Program-made: the position numbers and the translations under genes
From: an uncultured Fibrobacteraceae bacterium
GTDB taxonomy: Bacteria > Krumholzibacteriota > Krumholzibacteriia > LZORAL124-64-63
Reading direction: 5' to 3'
DNA: 64,000 nt
Assembly: GCA_964343835.1 (NCBI GenBank)
Contig: CAYFKR010000017.1
Span: 17,985 to 81,984, forward strand
In this document: one piece after another, positions 40,054 to 48,987 of the stretch
Layout: the number at the start of each line of letters is the position of its first letter
Position numbering within the stretch: position 1 is the first letter of the stretch
The notes under the pieces: generated by a model
Database searches by the model: none
Seen by the model: the letters and a program-made list of their open reading frames with translations, nothing else
What the model was told of the DNA's origin: nothing

Positions 40054-42354
40054 TCAGACGCCTCCGGCCAGCACCCTATCGAGGTCCCGCGCGACGGCAA
40101 GAGGCGGGAAGCCCGCATCCGCATCGACCCACCCCTCCAGCGCCCTCGCCAACGCGGCCCGCGCTGCTTCGTCGTTCCCTAAACCATGATGCGCCCGCGC
40201 CGCCTCGAGGTGGAGCTGGGGATGGGCCGGCTGCCGCATGAGGGCGTCATCGGCGACGGCGAGGGCTTCGTCGTAATCCCCCTTTTCCACGAGGCACTCC
40301 GTCAGCAGCACCGTGATCAGCGGGTCCGTCTGGATGGCGGCTTCGACGGCCGAGCGCAGGTGCGTGACGGCGCCGTCGAGGTCGCCCCCGGCCTGGGCGA
40401 TCATGCCCCTGACTGCCGACAGGCTGGGGCGGAAGGTCTCGAATTTGAAGGTGTCGACGACCTCCGTCGCCCCGTCCAGCGCCGCTTCGGCCTCCGCGAG
40501 GCGGTCCAACCGGCACAGCGCCCAGGCTCGGCCCACGCCGGCGAGTCCGTCGTAGGGCGCCGGGATGCCGGCGGCCAGGGCGTCGAGCTTCTCGAGGGCG
40601 AGGCCGGGCATGCCGACTTCAGCCACGGCGGGCAGCATCAGCGAATGGACGATGTCGGCCTGCAGGGGGCTTTGGAATTCCGCGGTGGCTGCGCGGTAGG
40701 CGTCGATGGCCGCGACCAGGTCGTCGCCGCGCCCGGTGATGCCGGCCAGGTTGGCTAGCCGGGTCTGGATCCTCGCCACGGCGCGCGGCGTATGCGCCCG
40801 CTCGAGTTCGGCGAGGTAGCGTTCACGGGCGTCGGCGAACTGCCCGCTCTTGGCGTCGAGGTCGATGAGGCGCAGGGCGAGGTTCTGTTCCTCGGGATCC
40901 AGCAGGCAGGCCTGCTCCAGCGAACGCCGTGCGTCGTCCAGCCGCCCCACCGAGCTGTAGAAATCGGCCAGATCCTTGTGGCCCTCCGCGCGCATCGGGT
41001 GGATCTCCACGTAGCGCAGAAGGTGGCGCTCGGCCTCCTCGTGGTTGCCGAGCTGCATCTGGAGGTCGGCGATCTCTTCGAGGTACTGCACGCGCGACGG
41101 ATCGATCTGCAGGATGCGCTCGTAGGACGCGATGGTCCCCTCCACGTCCTGGCGGATGAACCGGAACAGGGCCGTCTGGGCGTGGGCGTCGATGTCGTCC
41201 GGATACAGGCTCGTCCACATGTCGAGCACGGCCATGGCGCGGTCGGCGTCCTGCCTCTCGTTGTAGTAGTACTGGGTCTTGATCATGAACCCGGTCCGCT
41301 CCGGCAGGCGGTAGAGGTTCTCCATGGCGGCCGCGATGGCCGTGGACGCGGCCTCGGCGTTCCCCAGCGTCTGGTGCACGCCGAACAGCAGGAACTGCGC
41401 GGACGCGAAGCCGGGGTCGCGCGACACGGCGTCCTCCAGCAGGGGCACGGCGCCTTCCCAGTCGTTGTGGTGGACCACGGCCGACAGGGCCGCCGCATGA
41501 TTCTTCACGGCCTCGATGTCGGAACTCAGGATCTCGGCCACCGGCAGATCGGGACTGTTCTCGATGTGGGCGCCCGGGATGCCCAGGTCCTCCCTCAACA
41601 CCCTCGATGCGGCGTCGGCCAGCTCGTCGATCCCGTCCGCCTCGAAGGTCCGCTCGGCCGCCACCTTGCCGCTGCGGCTCTCGTGCAGCTCGGTGGTCAG
41701 GGTCCAGCGGTCGCCGGAGCGGGTCACGGTGCCGGTGAGGAAGTGGGGGATGTCCGCGTCCACGGCGATCTTGCGCTGCTGGGGGCGGGTCAGGCCGTGG
41801 CCGTCGTCGCTGCCGAGGTCCTGCAGGACGCCCGGCATGGCCAGCGGTATGACGCAGTCCACGAAAACGTCCTGGTTCACGTCCATGGCGATCATCAGGG
41901 ACGTCGTGTCGCGGACCCAGTCGTCATCCGGGGCGCCGCCGTTGTCGAAGTAGAAGATCACCACGCGTTGCCGGAAGTCGCTCTTGGGCACCACCCGTTC
42001 GCTCACCGCGCCGTTCTCGTCCTCCACCTCGATGGTTCGGGTCACGGCGCCGAGCTCACGACCCTGGAAGAGGAAGACGATGGTCAGGATCGCGGCGATC
42101 ACGTTGGCGGGCACCACGACCTTGGGCGTGCGGCCCCAGGTGTCGCGCCCGGGGCGCCCGTGGACCCAGGCCAGGGTCACCACGGCGGGCAGCAGCAGCA
42201 GCAGCGCCAGGGCCACCAGGTTCACGAGATGGGGCGACACCGTCATGCGGCCTTCGAGGAACTCGAGGAACTGGATGACGGCCCAACCCACGCCGACGTA
42301 GCCGCCGGTGATCTGGGGAACGCGACGCTCACGGATTTCCTGGACGAAGTTCAT
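40054..42354 (-). CDS. Membrane-anchored TPR protein (3 N-terminal TM helices, TolB-N/FlgO-like module, TPRs)
   Basis: MNFVQEIRERRVPQ..Y..W N-terminus; VVIFYFDN; repeated AVSRDP, LQIDP and LLDP TPR turns. Confidence 0.8.
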   Translation of the reverse strand: MNFVQEIRERRVPQITGGYVGVGWAVIQFLEFLEGRMTVSPHLVNLVALALLLLLPAVVTLAWVHGRPGRDTWGRTPKVVVPANVIAAILTIVFLFQGRELGAVTRTIEVEDENGAVSERVVPKSDFRQRVVIFYFDNGGAPDDDWVRDTTSLMIAMDVNQDVFVDCVIPLAMPGVLQDLGSDDGHGLTRPQQRKIAVDADIPHFLTGTVTRSGDRWTLTTELHESRSGKVAAERTFEADGIDELADAASRVLREDLGIPGAHIENSPDLPVAEILSSDIEAVKNHAAALSAVVHHNDWEGAVPLLEDAVSRDPGFASAQFLLFGVHQTLGNAEAASTAIAAAMENLYRLPERTGFMIKTQYYYNERQDADRAMAVLDMWTSLYPDDIDAHAQTALFRFIRQDVEGTIASYERILQIDPSRVQYLEEIADLQMQLGNHEEAERHLLRYVEIHPMRAEGHKDLADFYSSVGRLDDARRSLEQACLLDPEEQNLALRLIDLDAKSGQFADARERYLAELERAHTPRAVARIQTRLANLAGITGRGDDLVAAIDAYRAATAEFQSPLQADIVHSLMLPAVAEVGMPGLALEKLDALAAGIPAPYDGLAGVGRAWALCRLDRLAEAEAALDGATEVVDTFKFETFRPSLSAVRGMIAQAGGDLDGAVTHLRSAVEAAIQTDPLITVLLTECLVEKGDYDEALAVADDALMRQPAHPQLHLEAARAHHGLGNDEAARAALARALEGWVDADAGFPPLAVARDLDRVLAGGV

Positions 42355-42437
42355 GACACGGGCTCCGGATGGACGTGGATGCGGTCGGATCCGAAAATCA
42401 TAGGGCATTTCCCGGGGAAGGGCATCACCGGAACGCT

Positions 42438-42462
42438 GGAACCCGGGCCCCCGGACCCCGTA
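42438..42462 (+). promoter_or_regulatory. Putative ECF-type promoter
   Basis: GGAAC-N16-CGTA. Confidence 0.55.
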
Positions 42463-42506
42463 TCCTCGTGCAGTCGTCCGAACCAGCCCCCCGCAGGGAG
42501 ACCGCC

Positions 42507-43697
42507 TTGAAGATCGCACCGACCCTCGCCGTCCTGATGCTCGCCGCCTCCACCTTCGCCGCTCCCCACGTCTCCAATCCGGCGATGCCCCCGGGCGGCA
42601 TCGAGACCCTGACCGCCTCCGTGGATTGGCACCGCGGCCACGACGACGACGCCATCCTCTTCGGCGCCGTCCGCACCGTGAGGGAGGGCCCCGGCGGCGA
42701 GCTCTTCGTGCTCGACACCCAGCTCGCCCACGTCCAGGTCTTCGGCCGCGACGGCGATCTCCTCGATACCCTCAGCCGCGAGGGCGAGGGTCCCGGCGAA
42801 TCCCGCAGACCGGAAGACCTGGTGCTGTTGCCCGACGGCAGCATCGGCATCGTCCAGTACATCAACGGCCGCATCATCCGCATCGCCCGAGACGGTACGC
42901 CCCTGGGCTCCCTGCTTCCCCCGGACGTGGACAACGAGGGCGGCGGCATGTCCAGCATCCGTCGCGTCCGCGCCCGCGGCGGCGTCCTGGTGATCAACGG
43001 CGCCAGCGTCCGGCCGGACGACGAGGGCGGCATGGTCCGCTCCCAGTACCTGAGCCGCTGCGACGACCAGGCCCGCCCCGTCGTGGAATACCTGTCCACC
43101 AGCACTCCCAGCAACCTCATGCGCGACGGCTGGATCGAACGGAACAACTACTTCCCCTCCCACGAGCGCTGGGACATCGACGCCGCCGGCCGCGTGCTGG
43201 CCGCCACCGAGCGCAACGAGTACCTGATCACCGTCTACGAGCCCGACGGCGCCGTCGCCTTCACCTTCGGTCGCGACCACGAGCCCTGGAAGCGCACCGA
43301 GGAGGAGAAGCAGGAGATCCGCGACTCCCTGACGGTCCTGCGCGACGGCCAGCGCGTGGAGGTGGAGGTGGACGTGGAGGACCACGCCCCGGCCATCGTC
43401 GAGATCACCGTCCGCGACGACGGCGAGGTCTGGGTCCTGCCCACCTCGGGCCAGCGCGACCAGCCCGACGGCGTGATGCAGACCTACGACGTCTTCTCGT
43501 CCGAAGGGATGTTCCTCCGCCAGGTCCGGCTGGCCTGCATCGGCGATCCCGAGGAGGACCGTCTCTTCCTGATGGACGGAGGCCGGGCGGCCCTGGTCCG
43601 CGGCGCGGTCCAGGCGCGGCGCAACGCGTTCGGGGGGAGCCGGGTGGAGGAGGACGACGTGGCGGCGCACGATCTGATGGTGTTGGGATTCCGATAG
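42507..43697 (+). CDS. Secreted 6-bladed beta-propeller protein
   Basis: GGGAG RBS with TTG start; signal peptide; LFVLD..VQVF..LSREGEGPGESRRP; YDVF..G.FL. Confidence 0.8.
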   Translation: MKIAPTLAVLMLAASTFAAPHVSNPAMPPGGIETLTASVDWHRGHDDDAILFGAVRTVREGPGGELFVLDTQLAHVQVFGRDGDLLDTLSREGEGPGESRRPEDLVLLPDGSIGIVQYINGRIIRIARDGTPLGSLLPPDVDNEGGGMSSIRRVRARGGVLVINGASVRPDDEGGMVRSQYLSRCDDQARPVVEYLSTSTPSNLMRDGWIERNNYFPSHERWDIDAAGRVLAATERNEYLITVYEPDGAVAFTFGRDHEPWKRTEEEKQEIRDSLTVLRDGQRVEVEVDVEDHAPAIVEITVRDDGEVWVLPTSGQRDQPDGVMQTYDVFSSEGMFLRQVRLACIGDPEEDRLFLMDGGRAALVRGAVQARRNAFGGSRVEEDDVAAHDLMVLGFR

Positions 43698-43731
43698 AGG
43701 TTCGTCGACCGGATGAAAGGCTGGACGGATA

Positions 43732-44238
43732 TCAGCGGAACATCGTTTTCAGCATTCCGAAGGTCGTCGTCTCCTGTTCGACAGGCCCGAAATGGATCGT
43801 GATGTCGCTGATGTGGATGTTGAAGCCTCCGATGACGAGGTATTCCGCATCGATGCCATCAGGATCGACGATCAGCGTCTCGGTCTCGGCTTCCTGCTGA
43901 TTGTAGGCGACTCCGTATGGGATTCCCCAGTTCGTGACGTACGCTGCGGCATCCCCGGGATCGTCGTAGAAAACCGCCTCGATCTCGATTCTCCGCACTC
44001 CTGCAAGCGGCTCCAAATCGATGACGAGTTCCCCTACCAGGGTCATCCCGTCATTCGCCGACGTGAACAGGCACGTCTGGTTCTCATGGATCATGTCCAG
44101 CGAGCAGGTCAGCCCCGACGTGGTCCACGTGTCTCCGCAGTGCACGACTCCGGCATGCTCGAATTCCATGGACAGCTGATCGCCGATGGCGGGCGCTGCG
44201 AGCAGTGCCGGTAGGGTCATGATCAGGATGAACTTCAT
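43732..44238 (-). CDS. Secreted hypothetical protein with C-terminal TFGMLKTMFR tail
   Basis: GGAGG RBS, TGATG overlap, signal peptide MKFILIMTLPALLAAPAIG. Confidence 0.75.
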   Translation of the reverse strand: MKFILIMTLPALLAAPAIGDQLSMEFEHAGVVHCGDTWTTSGLTCSLDMIHENQTCLFTSANDGMTLVGELVIDLEPLAGVRRIEIEAVFYDDPGDAAAYVTNWGIPYGVAYNQQEAETETLIVDPDGIDAEYLVIGGFNIHISDITIHFGPVEQETTTFGMLKTMFR

Positions 44239-45401
44239 CACTCCACCTCCGGCCCGTCGGAGAACAGCACCTTGAGCTCGCTCCATGTCATGTCCCTGTT
44301 GGCGACCGGCAGGTCAAGCGCCGGCCTGTAGTCGACGATGACCTGGTTGTACGGATCGTCCCTCTGGTCGTAGATCCAGTTCTGGAGTTCCTCTTCGCTG
44401 TTCGCTCCCCAGCGGTTGGACTCCAAGTGGAGGACGACGGGCACCAGGTTGACCCGCCAGTCTGCCCAGACAGTGTAGGCGCCGGTACCCTTGGCAATGT
44501 CGCATTCATGGAGCTCAAAATATCCCAGACCGGAGTAGATCGTCTTGGTGCCCTCGGGATAAGTCGCGCCATGGAACCGGTTGTTGGAGCCCCGTATCAC
44601 GCTGTGATTGATCGACGCCACCTGGACCCGGCCGTCCCATAGATCGTTGTTCTCCAGGGTCACGTCGGAATACCAGACGCCCGCCACGTTGTAGCCCCAG
44701 ATCGTCTTGATCGTTGAGTTGGTGATGCGGGTGTGACCGCTGTCGTCCTGGATCCCGCCGGACTTGGTGTCGAAGTTGCAGTCGTCGACTTCGAGCGTCG
44801 TGAGGATCGTACTGATGGCCACGTCGTACAGGTCCAGGAATTCGCAGCGCCGGAAGGTCAGGTTCTGTGAACGCCAGCAATTGACGCTCGAATTGGCATC
44901 CTTGAAAAGGCTGTCGACGATGATGCACGACGCGTCGTCGTGGGATGAGATGGCGCCGTGCGGATTGTTACGGAACGTGCACTCGGCGATGTCCAGGGTT
45001 CCGCTCCCCGAATAGAGGCCTGTCGGCAAGGACTCGACGGTCACGTCGCGGAGGTGCAGCGTGCTACGGATACTGATGATCACGATCGGTGTCCAGTTGC
45101 CTTCAACCTGTGCGTCCGGGCCGATGAACGTCCTGTCGTCCCCTTGACCGATCAGGAACAGCTCCTTGTCCTGGATGATGGCGACTGCCTCGGACGTCCA
45201 GTACGGGTTCTGGTATAGCGACATCGTCTCGAAGCGGCCCGGACCGATATCGATCGTGTCGCCGCTGGCCGCGGTGTCGATGGCGTCTTGGATGACCATA
45301 AAGTCGCCCGATCCATCCAGTCTCACCCTGTGGGTTTCGGAGGATGAAGTATCCGCGAGGACGGCCAGGATCAATGCCGGATACAGGAGCGAACGAATCA
45401 T
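44238..45401 (-). CDS. Secreted beta-helix (pectin-lyase-like) protein with TWSELKVLF tail
   Basis: Signal peptide; RVRLDGSGDFMVIQDAID..GDTIDIGPG; beta-helix-type repeats; NRWG. Confidence 0.8.
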   Translation of the reverse strand: MIRSLLYPALILAVLADTSSSETHRVRLDGSGDFMVIQDAIDTAASGDTIDIGPGRFETMSLYQNPYWTSEAVAIIQDKELFLIGQGDDRTFIGPDAQVEGNWTPIVIISIRSTLHLRDVTVESLPTGLYSGSGTLDIAECTFRNNPHGAISSHDDASCIIVDSLFKDANSSVNCWRSQNLTFRRCEFLDLYDVAISTILTTLEVDDCNFDTKSGGIQDDSGHTRITNSTIKTIWGYNVAGVWYSDVTLENNDLWDGRVQVASINHSVIRGSNNRFHGATYPEGTKTIYSGLGYFELHECDIAKGTGAYTVWADWRVNLVPVVLHLESNRWGANSEEELQNWIYDQRDDPYNQVIVDYRPALDLPVANRDMTWSELKVLFSDGPEVE

Positions 45402-45619
45402 AACGTCTCCGCTCGACGATGGACTGTTTCATAGACACAACTGATGGATCTTGATGAGGTCATCCTAGCACAATAGCATGAGGTTTCGATATGGGCGGTT
45501 CAGATCGCCCCCTCCCTTGACTCCCCGCCCCCCATCCCTCACGTTATCCCACGGCCCGGACCGGCGTCACCGACGTCGATACTTCCGGGCGACATGCACC
45601 TCAGTAAAGGAGACCGAAG

Positions 45620-47143
45620 ATGACCGTCGTCCTGGACGGCTCCGGCCTCACCCTCGAGAAGCTCGTCGCGGTGGCCCGCCACGGCGAGAAGGTGGAACTG
45701 CATCCCGACGCCCTGGAACGCATCAAGACCTGCCGCGCCATGGTCGAGAAGAAGATCGAAGCGCGCGAGGTGATGTACGGCGTCAACACCGGCATCGGCG
45801 AGCTCTGCGAAGTCATCCTCGACGACTCCCAGGTCGAGGAATTCCAGAAATACCTGATCTACAACCACTCCGCAGGCATCGGCGACCCGGCTCCCGTCGA
45901 ATACGTGCGCGGCGCCATGTGCGGCCGCATCAACGTGCACGCCCACGGCCACAGCGGCTGCCGTCCCGAGATCACCCACACGCTCATGGCGATGCTCAAC
46001 GAGGGCGTCACCCCGTTCGTGTGCCAGAAGGGGTCGGTGGGCGCGTGCGGCGACCTCGCCCCCATGTCCCAGATCGCCCAGCTCCTGATGGGCGAAGGGC
46101 GCGCCTTCTACAAGGGCGAGCTGCTGCCCGGCAAGGAAGCCCTCGACCGCGCGGGCATCCCCGTGCCCGGCTTGCAGGCCCGCGACGGCCTGGCCACCAT
46201 CAACGGGTCCAACCTGCTGACGGCCATGAGCGGCATCTTCCTGTACGACATGGACCGGCTGCTGAAGCAGGCGGAGATCGCCGCGGCCATGTCGCTGGAG
46301 GCCCTGAAGGCCAACCTCAAGCCCTACACGTCCAAGCTCCACGAGCTGCGGGGCTTCCGGGGCGCGGTGCGCAGCGCCGAGTCCATCCGCAGGATGATCG
46401 AGGGCTCCGACCTGCAGACGGGCAAGATGCCCACCAAGGTCCAGGACGCCTACTCCATGCGTTCGACGCCCCAGGTGATCGGCTCGGCCCACGACGCCGT
46501 CCGCTGGTGCCGTGAGCAGGTGGAGACCGAACTCAACGGCGTGGGCGACAACCCCATCTTCCTGCCCGCCGAAGGCGTGGCCCTGACCGGCGCCAACTTC
46601 CAGGGCACGCCGGTGGCGCTGCCCATGGACATGGCCGGCGCGGCGCTGACGACCGTCTGCGTACTCAGCGAGCGGCGCCTGAACCGCCTGCTGCACCCGG
46701 CGCTGTCGGTGGGGCTGCCGTCGTTCCTGACCAAGGGCGCCGGCATGTTCAGCGGCCTCATGCTCAGCCAGTACACCGCCGACTCCCTGATCGTGGAGCA
46801 GCGGATCCTCTCGGCCCCGGCGTCGATCCAGTCGATCCCCGCGGCGGCCGACCAGGAGGATTTCGTGTCCATGGGCATGAACACGGCCATCAAGAACATG
46901 CAGATCCGTGAGAACGCCTGGGGCATCCTGGGCATCGAGCTGATGGGCGCCGCCCAGGCCCTCGACTTCCGCGACTTCGACTTCGGCAAGGGCACCACCG
47001 CCGCCAAGGCGCGGGTGCGCGAGACCGTCGAGTTCCTGGACGTCGACCGCCCCCTGCACGAGGACCACACCAACATGAAGCATCTGGTGCGGGACTGCGG
47101 GATCCTGGAAGCGGTGGAGGAGGCCGTGGGGTCCCTCGGCTGA
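45620..47143 (+). CDS. hutH: Histidine ammonia-lyase family (MIO) enzyme with ACG triad
   Basis: YGVNTGIG, NHSAGIG, GSVGACGDLAP, DGLATING, QDAYSMR, DNP, GANFQG, QEDFVSMG. Confidence 0.8.
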   Translation: MTVVLDGSGLTLEKLVAVARHGEKVELHPDALERIKTCRAMVEKKIEAREVMYGVNTGIGELCEVILDDSQVEEFQKYLIYNHSAGIGDPAPVEYVRGAMCGRINVHAHGHSGCRPEITHTLMAMLNEGVTPFVCQKGSVGACGDLAPMSQIAQLLMGEGRAFYKGELLPGKEALDRAGIPVPGLQARDGLATINGSNLLTAMSGIFLYDMDRLLKQAEIAAAMSLEALKANLKPYTSKLHELRGFRGAVRSAESIRRMIEGSDLQTGKMPTKVQDAYSMRSTPQVIGSAHDAVRWCREQVETELNGVGDNPIFLPAEGVALTGANFQGTPVALPMDMAGAALTTVCVLSERRLNRLLHPALSVGLPSFLTKGAGMFSGLMLSQYTADSLIVEQRILSAPASIQSIPAAADQEDFVSMGMNTAIKNMQIRENAWGILGIELMGAAQALDFRDFDFGKGTTAAKARVRETVEFLDVDRPLHEDHTNMKHLVRDCGILEAVEEAVGSLG

Positions 47144-47167
47144 TCCGGTGCTCCGTTCGAGATGAGA

Positions 47168-47197
47168 GAGGCCCCCGCACTTCGGTGCGGGGGCCTC
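47168..47197. terminator. Hairpin with C(UUCG)G tetraloop between convergent genes
   Basis: GAGGCCCCCGCAC-TTCG-GTGCGGGGGCCTC. Confidence 0.8.
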
Positions 47198-47221
47198 GTG
47201 CGTTCGGCGCCGGTCGCCGAC

Positions 47222-48889
47222 TCAGTCCTCCATGGCCTCCATCGCCTGGATGAATCCGATCAACGTGTCGATGCCGTCCTTGCCCACGGCCATCTCGTAC
47301 CCGAAGTCGTCGCCGTCGACGGTGACCCAACCGTGGAAGGGCACGGCGCCGTCGAAGGCCGGCAATTCGGTCTCGGGGGCGAAGCCGGCCACCAGGGCGA
47401 GGGTCCAGTCGAAGATGCCGGACAGGTCGCCGTAGAACACGGTCTGGCAGCCGAGCCCGGCCGCGGCGGCCAGCTTGGCGACGGACTTGGGCGGGGCGCC
47501 GGCGCCTGCGCGCACGTTGCGGATCAGGGCGGCCAGGTCGGCGTCGGCGGTGGTCATGATCACCTTGTCGTCCACCACGCAGAGCCGGAACGCGGGCATG
47601 ACCTGGTCCATGACCATGCCGATCATCGCCATCTCCTCGGCGTCGGGAGTCTCCTCGCCTTCGAGCTCGGCCAGCCTGGCCAGGTCGACGTCCATGGACA
47701 TGGTCGAGACGGACACGCCTTCCACCATTTCCGGTTCGCCGAAGACGGCGGAGAAGCCCATGCCCATCTCCTCGTAGCTCTTCATCATGGAGACCCAGAC
47801 GTCGAGCACGGTGTCGGGATCGGGGGTGGCGGTGATCGCCACCATGGACATGCCCTTCTCGCCGAAGTCCAAGGACGTGGCGGTGGGGTAGGTGCTCATG
47901 TCGCGGGCCGAGCCGAACTCGGCGAACCAGGCGGCCATGTCGAAGCCGGTATCGCCGGAGGGGAGGCCGGCGCCGGTGGTGTAGAGGGGCATCAGCAGTT
48001 CCATCTGCTTCGACTGGTCCAGGGCCTGGGCGCTGACCAGGTCGGCGCCGGCGGGCAGCAGCGACGTCAGGGCCATGGCCTCTGCGAACGACGGCTGGGG
48101 CCCGGCGGCCAGGGCGCTGCCGTCCTCCAGGTCGGTGAACATGCGGAAGGTCCAGTCGTCGCCGTCGGCGTCCATGGCGAAGTCCAGCCGGTCGATGCTG
48201 AGCAGGATCTTCTCCAGCAACTCGGTGGTCTGCTGGGCCTGATCGGGCGTCATGGCCGGCTCGCCCATCTCGCCGTCGGGGCCGGGCTGGGGCTGGGCCA
48301 TGCCCATGGCCATGCCCATCTTGAGCATGGCCCAGTTGGCGTCGAAGAACGACGCGAAGTCGGCGGTGGCGCTGATGGTGCCGGGCAGCAGCACGTCGGC
48401 GAAAGGCGCCCGTTCCACGGGCATGGCGTAGCCGGCCCAGGGGTTTACGGCCAGGTAGCCGCCGGAACGCACCGATCCCTCCAGACCCTCGATGCCGGAC
48501 AGGTCCTTGCCGTGCCAGTCGCGCTTGAGGGGCACGATCATCATCACGCTGGGTTCCTGCCCGAACATGATGGGCGGCACCTTGACCAGCACGGCGACCG
48601 GACGGCCCGTGTCCACCATCGCCCTGCCGTTGGGGACCTCGTCCAGCATGTCCGAGACGCGGTAGTCCTCATCGTCCTCTTCGCCGTAGGCGGCCAGCTC
48701 GGCGGCCAGGGCGTCGGCGGCGTCCAGCGACGCGACCACCATCATGGCCGTGGCGTCGCCGGGCAGCAGGTCGACCAGATCGGTCGGCAGTCCGGGCTCG
48801 GGCTCGTGGCAGGGAGCGGAGCTCGACGCGAATGCGGTGGCGCAGAGCAGCAGCAGCAGCGATGCGGTCAGGGCATGGAATCGTTTCAT
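47222..48889 (-). CDS. Secreted hypothetical protein
   Basis: GGGAG RBS; signal peptide MKRFHALTASLLLLLCATAFA; genome-typical codon usage. Confidence 0.75.
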   Translation of the reverse strand: MKRFHALTASLLLLLCATAFASSSAPCHEPEPGLPTDLVDLLPGDATAMMVVASLDAADALAAELAAYGEEDDEDYRVSDMLDEVPNGRAMVDTGRPVAVLVKVPPIMFGQEPSVMMIVPLKRDWHGKDLSGIEGLEGSVRSGGYLAVNPWAGYAMPVERAPFADVLLPGTISATADFASFFDANWAMLKMGMAMGMAQPQPGPDGEMGEPAMTPDQAQQTTELLEKILLSIDRLDFAMDADGDDWTFRMFTDLEDGSALAAGPQPSFAEAMALTSLLPAGADLVSAQALDQSKQMELLMPLYTTGAGLPSGDTGFDMAAWFAEFGSARDMSTYPTATSLDFGEKGMSMVAITATPDPDTVLDVWVSMMKSYEEMGMGFSAVFGEPEMVEGVSVSTMSMDVDLARLAELEGEETPDAEEMAMIGMVMDQVMPAFRLCVVDDKVIMTTADADLAALIRNVRAGAGAPPKSVAKLAAAAGLGCQTVFYGDLSGIFDWTLALVAGFAPETELPAFDGAVPFHGWVTVDGDDFGYEMAVGKDGIDTLIGFIQAMEAMED

Positions 48890-48945
48890 GACTGGGTCTC
48901 CCGAGTAGGGTTTCGAGGACGCGTGTTCGGCGGATCGTATCGTCA

Positions 48946-48970
48946 TACGGAACAGGGGGCAAGATGTTCA
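48946..48970 (-). promoter_or_regulatory. Putative ECF-type promoter
   Basis: TGAAC-N16-CGTA on the minus strand. Confidence 0.5.
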
Positions 48971-48987
48971 CCGGGGTCCCGCGGGGA

